DNA from: a virus
Taxonomy: Duplodnaviria > Caudoviricetes
DNA: 64,000 bases
Direction: 5' to 3' (one strand)
IMG/VR virus record: IMGVR_UViG_3300011242_000002
Span: 192,001-256,000 of that record
Of this stretch, positions 45,355 through 53,071 are shown piece by piece. Position 1 is the first letter of the stretch. Each line of letters begins with the position of its first letter. A program made the translations under genes and the position numbers. The notes below the pieces were generated by a model. The model did no database searches. It had not been told where the DNA came from and saw only the letters and a program-made list of their open reading frames with translations.

Positions 45355-46653
45355 TTATCCTACCAACTCCAACACCGGACGCCACCCACAGGTCATGTCC
45401 GAGGTATTATAATCCATCCCTGCGAAGGTGGTCATGTCATTAGCGCTACCGCGCCACGCCGCGCCGCCATTAAAGTCATTCAGCGCCAACGTACGACTAC
45501 CCTGTGAACTGGCCATTCCCAAATCACCATAGGTAAGCTGATCCCATTTTACGCCATTGGTTACCTGCTGACCGGTAATGGCGGAAGCGTGAACACTGTA
45601 CATTAAACGCTCCCATTCCGATCGATCAGTAGGTGCAGGAACTGAAGCAGGTTCATAGGTTGTGCCGGTGGGGCAACGAACAATATACGTTTTGCCCTTA
45701 ATCGTAATTTGTTTGTTTCCTTTTAACAAATTTAAACCAGCAATGTTATTGCGCGTCACCCCGGCGAGAATGGCTTTTTTCGCAATGTAAATGATTTTGT
45801 CATCCACTGCAAATTTTAACCATCCGGCATCCAAATTGATGCGGGTAAATTGCTCTGGCACACCGGTGACCGTGAGCAGGTCAGTCATGGTAATCAAGTC
45901 ATTTTGTGTTACCTGACCGTAGTAACCTGCTACTCCGCCGTCAGAACGGGTAAAGCTATTGAGTAAGGTCTCGCCACCCGCCGTCAAGTTAACCAATTCC
46001 AGCACTGGCATAAAACCACGATCTCCCTGATTAGGGTCTGTCGACTTGAGCGCGTTAACTAACGATCCCGTATAGGTCACCCATAGCGCTTGGTTAGTAT
46101 CGGTGCTAAAGGTGGTCTGGGTGGGGGTGTATTTATTGATCCTGGCGACAGGTTCTACCAGACTGTCCCAGACCCCGGTAGCCCAACCCGCATTGATGAC
46201 GGATCTCGCAAAGACCTTGGCGTACAGGGCAAAGAACTCGGCGCTGGGACTGACAGTTAGCAACGCCGGGTCAACGGTAGAGCCAGCTGGCATCCGGATC
46301 TTAAACTTGCGCTGCACACCGCTAAAGGTTTTGCTGATGGTGCGGGTGGTAGCGTTGCTGTACACGATGTTCTTGGTGGCAAAGGCGTTCCAGGTGTTGT
46401 CGTTAAACAAGAACTGGCTGGGGAAATAAACCACCTTGTTTTTCCAGTAGAACTTACACCACACCATGTTCGCGTCTGCACGCTGGATCACCGAAAGCGT
46501 AATTGCCGAGATGATCTCTGCCGCCGTAAAGAGCTCACTTTGTGATACGACGCCAAAGTACCCGGCGTCGGTATCACCAAACTTAAGGTTCTTGGGGCCA
46601 GGGCCCGAATCCGGATATTTATCCACCTTACCTGTCATTAACAGTTCTAACAT
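45355..46653 (-). CDS. Putative virion structural protein with two tandem AGYxG..WxKF..GxxPVLELV domains, MLExL family
   Basis: Start MLELLMTG after GAGGA; DSGPGP..GD..AGYFG; internal duplication. Confidence 0.65.
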   Translation of the reverse strand: MLELLMTGKVDKYPDSGPGPKNLKFGDTDAGYFGVVSQSELFTAAEIISAITLSVIQRADANMVWCKFYWKNKVVYFPSQFLFNDNTWNAFATKNIVYSNATTRTISKTFSGVQRKFKIRMPAGSTVDPALLTVSPSAEFFALYAKVFARSVINAGWATGVWDSLVEPVARINKYTPTQTTFSTDTNQALWVTYTGSLVNALKSTDPNQGDRGFMPVLELVNLTAGGETLLNSFTRSDGGVAGYYGQVTQNDLITMTDLLTVTGVPEQFTRINLDAGWLKFAVDDKIIYIAKKAILAGVTRNNIAGLNLLKGNKQITIKGKTYIVRCPTGTTYEPASVPAPTDRSEWERLMYSVHASAITGQQVTNGVKWDQLTYGDLGMASSQGSRTLALNDFNGGAAWRGSANDMTTFAGMDYNTSDMTCGWRPVLELVG

Positions 46654-46692
46654 GTTTTGTTTCCTCGCCAATAAATGCCACCTATATGATCG

Positions 46693-46747
46693 GCATAAAG
46701 TCCTCTGGGTGCTCTTCGGAGCCCCAGAGGTTAAGACCACTTTATGC
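46693..46747 (-). terminator. Terminator with GCATAAAGT...ACTTTATGC clamp, after the DNA polymerase gene
   Basis: CCTCTGGG-T-GCTC-TTCG-GAGC-CCCAGAGG. Confidence 0.8.
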
Positions 46748-48472
46748 GGCGTCTAAGTAGGTAAAGGTGTGGTTGTGTTCTGCAGCGTAAGCCTGGGCCA
46801 GAGTAACGAAGTCCGGTGCCTTGTACACCATACGGGCAATTTCCCCTGCGTTGTTAAAGCCACCCGCGGCCAGGTTGACGGCCACCTGCCGGTACTGGGT
46901 ATCGTCCAGTCCTTCTATGGCAGTCATCTCAATCCAGGTGGTTTGCTTGCCCACGTTCATGATCACGGTGCCCGACGGATACGCCCCCTCTACGTCGATG
47001 TCGTTGGTGCCGGTACGCACGTAAGACGGGAGATTCGGGAGTTCCTTAAACATCGGCTTCCCGTTCACCGCCACAAGCTCGGTGGGGAGCATGACGATCC
47101 AACCGCCCAAGGACTGCAGGTGGTCATCCAGGTCGGTGCGCATTTGGTCAGAGGTGGTACCCCAAATATAGCCGTTGTCCATTACGTCGTAGTGCATGGC
47201 TTCGGCGATGCGGTTAGGCTGAGAAGTAAAGTTGCGGTATTCCGATACCCCACAGAACGCCGGGACCGCTGCGGCTAGGTCATTGGTCTTCTCGTCCATC
47301 ATCTCAACCACGATGCAGTCGAATAAGTTATACACCACGTATTCGTAGCGGTAGTTGGTCTGCATGAACTCGTGCAGGTCCAGGCCGTAGTAGCCTTCAG
47401 ACTCTTTAAACGACAGCTTACCGATCCCGTCCAACACCTTGCTGGCGATGTGGTCAAGCTTGTAGTTCAACTCTTTACCCTTGGCGGTACGCAGGTAGTA
47501 GTAGGCACACATCGAATCGGCCCAGCGGAACGAGGCCGGTGCGTTGACGTACGGCCACTTCTCGTAGTTGGCCAGCGGACGTTTGGTTTCCTTGACCCCG
47601 TCGTTTTTCACCTGGTGGGTCTTACCCTGGAAGTACTTCACGTTCCGGTACTCTTTCGGCACCGACGGATCGCAGTACACATCCGCTGGGTTAATCCCCG
47701 CCATCTCCAGGCAGTTGGTGATCACCTGGTAGTCAAAGTCCAAGCTGTTCCAGCCGGTAACCCAGTCAGGCTTCCACTCGTGGGCTTTGGCAAACAGCTT
47801 CACAAAGCCGTCGGCCGGATGGTCAACCAGCTCGTACTCCATGGCGAGCTTGCGCTGATCAATGATTTCACCGATGTGCTTATGCGCGCATTCGTGCAGC
47901 TTGCGAATAATCGTTGCATCGTCTTCGCCGGGGAAGAAACGACGCACCACAAAGGTGTACGAGCGATCCTTAAACGACAGCGATGCCATCAATGGCTCAC
48001 CCATGTGGTCTTTGTTGATCACATCGGTTTCGATGTCGATCACGCTGACCTTAAACGGTGTCATGCCGATTTCGGGGAACTTGCGGTCGTACATTGCTTT
48101 CACTACTGAGGCCGGACTGATGTCAGCGCCGTACACGTACGGGCTACGGCAGACCTGTTTGAGCGGCAGCGACGTGGCGCCTTTCCCCAGTGAACGGCTG
48201 ATGTGGTTGGCCAGGTTCCAGTACTGGGTGGTGAACTTCTGCAGCTTTTTCACCTCTTCGTAATCTTTCTTATCCTGGTGATCACGGAAGGCTTCACGGG
48301 TGAGGTAGTAATCGTACGGCATGTCTTTGATCATGCGCGTGTTCGGTTCTTGTCGTCCGTCCGGATGGTGAATCACTTCCTTAATAAACACGATGTCGGA
48401 TTTCCCCGACATGCTCGGGCTGTAGACAGCAAATTTACATTCAAACTTAGGCTGAGTGGCGGTGTCGCTCAT
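46742..48472 (-). CDS. Split B-family DNA polymerase, exonuclease/N-terminal part (phiKZ gp82-like)
   Basis: ExoI IDIETD, ExoII TGWNSLDFD, ExoIII YNLFDC, motif A DIDVEGAYPS; no motif C. Confidence 0.85.
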   Translation of the reverse strand: MSDTATQPKFECKFAVYSPSMSGKSDIVFIKEVIHHPDGRQEPNTRMIKDMPYDYYLTREAFRDHQDKKDYEEVKKLQKFTTQYWNLANHISRSLGKGATSLPLKQVCRSPYVYGADISPASVVKAMYDRKFPEIGMTPFKVSVIDIETDVINKDHMGEPLMASLSFKDRSYTFVVRRFFPGEDDATIIRKLHECAHKHIGEIIDQRKLAMEYELVDHPADGFVKLFAKAHEWKPDWVTGWNSLDFDYQVITNCLEMAGINPADVYCDPSVPKEYRNVKYFQGKTHQVKNDGVKETKRPLANYEKWPYVNAPASFRWADSMCAYYYLRTAKGKELNYKLDHIASKVLDGIGKLSFKESEGYYGLDLHEFMQTNYRYEYVVYNLFDCIVVEMMDEKTNDLAAAVPAFCGVSEYRNFTSQPNRIAEAMHYDVMDNGYIWGTTSDQMRTDLDDHLQSLGGWIVMLPTELVAVNGKPMFKELPNLPSYVRTGTNDIDVEGAYPSGTVIMNVGKQTTWIEMTAIEGLDDTQYRQVAVNLAAGGFNNAGEIARMVYKAPDFVTLAQAYAAEHNHTFTYLDAA

Positions 48473-48570
48473 GGAATTTATAATCCTATGTCAACAAGGG
48501 CAAGCGGTATCCCCTTTAAGAAGGCTATAGTATCAACGCGCCCATTTATCTTTTTACAAAGGAGTTCATC

Positions 48571-49827
48571 ATGCTGCTTGGCAGTGGTTTAGAAGTTATT
48601 GCCTTCCAACGCACCCGCCCGATCTTTAAATTACTCACTGCCGAGGTTCAGGCCATCATGGATAAGATGGCAGCGACCAATCAAACCCAGCTGACTGATG
48701 CGCTGCTTAATGACTCCAAGCTGGCACAGATCATGCAGGAGGCCAGCGGGTTTGAGAAGATCACCATGATTGCTGATGCCGCCGCGCCGATTAACGCCTA
48801 TACGCAGGCCATCACCCTGTCAAAGAACCACGTGTTCAACGACAGCATCCGCCAGGCGTACTCCGGTCATGCCGATGCCTATAACCTGTATCGTCGCGTC
48901 AGCGGCGTGTTGACCGGGCAGATCGACCTTGAAACCGGACGCGTCAGCGGTGCCTTTAGCAAGATCCCGATTACCATTGCGCTCGGCAACCAGATGCTGA
49001 ATCCCAAGCACGGCATCACGGCTGAAGAGAACACGGCAATTCTTCTGCACGAGCTGGGGCATGATTTTACCTACTGCTACGCGCTGCACTATAGTTGCAC
49101 CACTAACATGGTGCTGCATGCAGCGGCCAATGCGCTCCTGGCTGCAGGCGAGGTTAAACAAAAGCACGCGATCATGTCCGATGTGGAAAACACCCTGGGT
49201 ATCAAAATCGATAACCAGGCTGAGCTGGTTAACTATGACAAGTATGATGGGTATTACATCACCTTGCTGACCAAGTACTCGGCGAAGATCTACGACGCGG
49301 TCGGAGCCACGGCCTATAACACCAACATGTGTGAACAGCTGGCGGACATGTTTGCGGCCCGTCACGGCGCCGGTGCGGCGATGGTCAGCGGTATCAACCG
49401 CATCAACTTGCTCTATGCGCCTTATCGACCTAACAAGTACGTGGCAATGACGAAGTCGCTGCTGGCGCACATTCTGTTCTTCCCGGTCATGATCCCGATG
49501 TTCCTCACTGCACTGTGCAGTAACGATTGGGTGAGCGCCACCTACGATGTGGACAAGGATCGTTTTATCCGCCTGCGTAATGAATCCATCGCCTCGCTGA
49601 AGGATCCGCGTCTGACTGCCGTTGAGAAGAAACAGATTGTGGCTGAGATTGAGCAGATGAACAAAATCATCGCTGCCACCGACTACGAATGGTCAGTGTC
49701 GCAGAAGCTCGGCCAGATGGTCCGTAGCAGCCAGCGCAGCCAGATTCGCCAGAAGCGTCTGCTGCAGGATCTTGAAGCCTTAACCAATAACCCCCTGTAT
49801 GTTGCTGCGGCAAAATACTCCGTATAA
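48571..49827 (+). CDS. Virion head protein with zincin (HExxH) motif
   Basis: N-terminal GLE site; ILLHELGH and EQLADMFAARHG. Confidence 0.7.
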   Translation: MLLGSGLEVIAFQRTRPIFKLLTAEVQAIMDKMAATNQTQLTDALLNDSKLAQIMQEASGFEKITMIADAAAPINAYTQAITLSKNHVFNDSIRQAYSGHADAYNLYRRVSGVLTGQIDLETGRVSGAFSKIPITIALGNQMLNPKHGITAEENTAILLHELGHDFTYCYALHYSCTTNMVLHAAANALLAAGEVKQKHAIMSDVENTLGIKIDNQAELVNYDKYDGYYITLLTKYSAKIYDAVGATAYNTNMCEQLADMFAARHGAGAAMVSGINRINLLYAPYRPNKYVAMTKSLLAHILFFPVMIPMFLTALCSNDWVSATYDVDKDRFIRLRNESIASLKDPRLTAVEKKQIVAEIEQMNKIIAATDYEWSVSQKLGQMVRSSQRSQIRQKRLLQDLEALTNNPLYVAAAKYSV

Positions 49828-49840
49828 AGGAACAGTGAAA

Positions 49841-50335
49841 ATGGTCTTAATGAATGTTGAAACGCTCAAGGGCAACGTGATTGCCGTGCGCGGGATGTCC
49901 GAGATTGCCTCTACCCTGCGTGAAGATCTGGTGGTCTTTGGCCTGGCGCGCCTGGTGGCCTATGGCACCGCCATTCCGTCTAACCCGGTGGATAACCCGG
50001 TGGCCTTCTTTGCCGAGAACAGCAAGACGGCAAAAGCGGTGATCGCCGAAGTCAATGAAAACACCGTGGTTAACATGGGTAAGGTCCTGGAGCTCGCTGC
50101 CAACATCTACCGTGCCCGTTACGACATGGTGCATGCTCCGATGACCAAAGCCGCTCAGGAGCTGGCCCAGCACGCCCTGATTGCCGCCGGCAGCTATAAC
50201 TTCCCGCAGGCCATTGCCGATATGTTGGCAATCAGCGAAAACTCTGCCGACCTCGGGCGTTCAGTGGGTTATGCACTGAACCTGTTTGCCGTGGCGTCTA
50301 CCCCATCCCTGGACGCTGCTCCGGCCGCCGAATAA
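49841..50335 (+). CDS. Probable virion protein
   Basis: AAGGA RBS; within the head gene operon. Confidence 0.6.
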   Translation: MVLMNVETLKGNVIAVRGMSEIASTLREDLVVFGLARLVAYGTAIPSNPVDNPVAFFAENSKTAKAVIAEVNENTVVNMGKVLELAANIYRARYDMVHAPMTKAAQELAQHALIAAGSYNFPQAIADMLAISENSADLGRSVGYALNLFAVASTPSLDAAPAAE

Positions 50336-50344
50336 GGAGATCCC

Positions 50345-51748
50345 ATGTCCTTAGAAATGATCACCAGCTTTATGGGGCCGAACGGTACGGTGCCGAGCTC
50401 GGCCTTTACGGTTGTGAAGAAACCCAATGACGATGTCGAAATCGTCACCACCACCGAAGACCAAGCGGTTGCTGCCTCTGTTGAACACATCAACGACCTG
50501 ATTCGTCTGCACGGGCGCGTGAGTCGTGAAGGCATGTCGCGTGCTGCCGTGGTGGAGCTGCAGCGCATTGCCCCGTCAGCCGTGCCGGGTGGTTACGGCC
50601 TTGAAGCCTTCACTGAGTTGCCGAGCAACGTGATGCTGCGTGAAGGTACGGAAGGCATTGTCAATACGGTATTGACCGGGCTCTATAAGCTGATCAAGTT
50701 CCTGATTGAAAAGCTGAAGGCCGGCTTTAACTACCTGGTTGACGCCTACCGTTCACTGACCGGCATTGCCCCGTCGGCGTACAAACTTGCCAAGCAGCAG
50801 GTGTTCACCGAAGAGATCACCAAGAACTGGCGGACCCTGATGCAGTCTGATCTCGATGAAGACGTGCTGAAGTATCTGCAGGAAGGCGGTAATGACGAGA
50901 TCAACGCCCAGCTGATCATTGACGGCTTCTTTAATGACGCCAACATGATCTGTGAAAACCTGGCGGTGTTTGAACCGTTGATCATCCAGCTGCAGCGTGC
51001 GGTAGAGGACCTGGTTTCCGAGTCGGCCATCAACCAGGTGACCTACAACCGTCTGTGGGAGGCCTCGCAGGCGAAGACCCCGACGCCGGAAGAGTATCGC
51101 GAGATGGCGCTGCGTATCTCCCGTCTACTGGACACCAACGCGTTCCAGAAGATCACCAAGCTGATGGAGCAGCTGGCTGCTAAAGTCACCAGCTCCAAGC
51201 TGTACAGCGATGACAAGGAGAAGAAGCCGATTGTCGATCGCCTGCGCAGCGGTAAACTGCGGGATATCCTCCAAGGGTTGGAGCAGGCCTGTACCACCCG
51301 GTCACCGATCACCCTGCAGGCCACCGACGTCTTTACCCTGGCCAAGAAGCAGGACTTCAATAAGCTGGTTAATCAGCTGAAGAGCTTTGAGCCGGTTGAC
51401 GGTAACAAGGCCCGTGACTTCAAGAAGCACCTGGATGCGCTGCGGGTGTATGATCGCTACGTGGCAGCGGACATGACCGAGGAGAACGGCTTTGAAGTCA
51501 TCTCCACCAAGTTTCTCTCCCAGCAGGCTGACGTCAAGGCGATCATGGAGGTGGTGCGTAAGATCACTGCTAACTACGCCGAGACGGTATTTAAGATTGC
51601 CGCCTGCCGTGATCGTGTGCGCCTCTTAACCGTACCGAAGATTGTTGCCAGCAGCCCTGTAGAAGTGATGATGGAAAACAACGAAGCCCGTATGGATGAG
51701 CTGCGCAAGAAAGTGCGTGCCTGGATCCAGCGCGCCACCACCGTCTAA
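50345..51748 (+). CDS. Virion head protein with protease-cleavable propeptide
   Basis: SLE, SVE, GLE and GTE sites in the N-terminal ~100 aa. Confidence 0.7.
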   Translation: MSLEMITSFMGPNGTVPSSAFTVVKKPNDDVEIVTTTEDQAVAASVEHINDLIRLHGRVSREGMSRAAVVELQRIAPSAVPGGYGLEAFTELPSNVMLREGTEGIVNTVLTGLYKLIKFLIEKLKAGFNYLVDAYRSLTGIAPSAYKLAKQQVFTEEITKNWRTLMQSDLDEDVLKYLQEGGNDEINAQLIIDGFFNDANMICENLAVFEPLIIQLQRAVEDLVSESAINQVTYNRLWEASQAKTPTPEEYREMALRISRLLDTNAFQKITKLMEQLAAKVTSSKLYSDDKEKKPIVDRLRSGKLRDILQGLEQACTTRSPITLQATDVFTLAKKQDFNKLVNQLKSFEPVDGNKARDFKKHLDALRVYDRYVAADMTEENGFEVISTKFLSQQADVKAIMEVVRKITANYAETVFKIAACRDRVRLLTVPKIVASSPVEVMMENNEARMDELRKKVRAWIQRATTV

Positions 51749-51757
51749 GGAGTCACC

Positions 51758-53020
51758 ATGCAGACCTTAGCAGAAGCCATTCGTGAGACGGTGACCCTTA
51801 CCGACGATCTCATGGCGCTGGCACAACGGGCTGACGGATTGGAATCCCTGACCACCGAACACACGGCGTTCATGAACCAGTACGAGGCCATCAGCCAGAA
51901 GATTGTCTTTATTACCGGGTCGATGGAATCCATTGGTGAGCACGGAATTTCCCAGGAGGTGATGTCAAGCATCCAAACCATGCTGCCGGGCATTGCCGCG
52001 GAGATCCCGTTAAACGGCTATACCCGTGCGCTGTCCAAGCACAACCTCGGTTACGCCATGGAGTCGTTGTCCACCGGCAAGACCGTGCTGTTAGCCGGTG
52101 GACTAGGCGGGATCATCGCCATCATCCTAAAAGCCATCCAGTGGTGCATCACCACCCTGAAGGCCTACTTGAAGTCGCGGCGGGAAATCAACCGCGTGGG
52201 ATTAAGCGCCACTTCAGCGGCAAATAAGGTAGGGTCGGTTAACGATACGCCTGCGGACATCATTGACCGCTTGTGCAAGAGCCGCGAGTTCGTGAACGCG
52301 GCCAACGGCTACAGCTGGTTGATCTCGGTCCGTGACGACGTTGACGCACCCTTTAAGTTTGATGCCGATTCGATGACCCAGTGGTGGCCCGAGCTTTCAA
52401 AGGAGATGGAGTACGAGTTCCGTGCTATCAAGGCCCGTTACCAGGCGCTGTTGGAAGGCCAGACCTTTAAGGCTAATGTGTCAGCAGTAAAGGACTCGGC
52501 GGCGTTCTCCCGCTTCTTTAAGGCACTGCCGCAGGGTGTGAAGCGTGATGGGAAACCGTGTAGTTTGGACGAGGCGATGGCGGACTTTAACCGTAACCCA
52601 ACCATCGCCTTAACCAACCTCAACAGTCGACTGGGGCAGATGTTCCTGCTGCCGCGCATTGATGATAAGGAGGCGCTTGCCCATAACCTCCTTCGCATCG
52701 GGCGCAGTATTGAGACCTACACCATGATTGATCGGGTGGTGTACGACTCCCTGAACAGCATCGAAACCAACCGAGCATTTGACACCCTGTACGCCGACTT
52801 CACCGCCTTCTATAAAACGATTCAGTCCCAGCGTTTTGAAGCGGACCAGACGTTGGTGGATGACTTCGTGACCTTAGTGAACGTCTACGCCGACAAGATG
52901 AACTGCTACTCGCGGTTGATCACGGTGGTGGCGTACCTCGACTCGATGTCGTACAGTGCCGGGGAAGCCCTGGGTAACTTCGTGGGTAAATGGGTGCAGT
53001 TGATGCAGGACCGCGCATAA
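51758..53020 (+). CDS. Virion head protein with protease-cleavable propeptide
   Basis: GLE, SME and AME sites followed by the hydrophobic segment VLLAGGLGGIIAIIL. Confidence 0.7.
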   Translation: MQTLAEAIRETVTLTDDLMALAQRADGLESLTTEHTAFMNQYEAISQKIVFITGSMESIGEHGISQEVMSSIQTMLPGIAAEIPLNGYTRALSKHNLGYAMESLSTGKTVLLAGGLGGIIAIILKAIQWCITTLKAYLKSRREINRVGLSATSAANKVGSVNDTPADIIDRLCKSREFVNAANGYSWLISVRDDVDAPFKFDADSMTQWWPELSKEMEYEFRAIKARYQALLEGQTFKANVSAVKDSAAFSRFFKALPQGVKRDGKPCSLDEAMADFNRNPTIALTNLNSRLGQMFLLPRIDDKEALAHNLLRIGRSIETYTMIDRVVYDSLNSIETNRAFDTLYADFTAFYKTIQSQRFEADQTLVDDFVTLVNVYADKMNCYSRLITVVAYLDSMSYSAGEALGNFVGKWVQLMQDRA

Positions 53021-53069
53021 AGCACAGCGGCCTCCTCTCCCCGTCAAGGGAGAGGAGTGCCACTTATGC
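53015..53069. terminator. Bidirectional terminator with GCATAA...TTATGC clamp
   Basis: CTCCTCTCCC-CGTCAA-GGGAGAGGAG between convergent genes. Confidence 0.85.
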
Positions 53070-53071
53070 CG

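Noticed and set aside
48477-48494. TTGACA...TATAAA on the minus strand upstream of the DNA polymerase gene
   Set aside because: The spacing is far shorter than the ~17 bp of a sigma70 promoter
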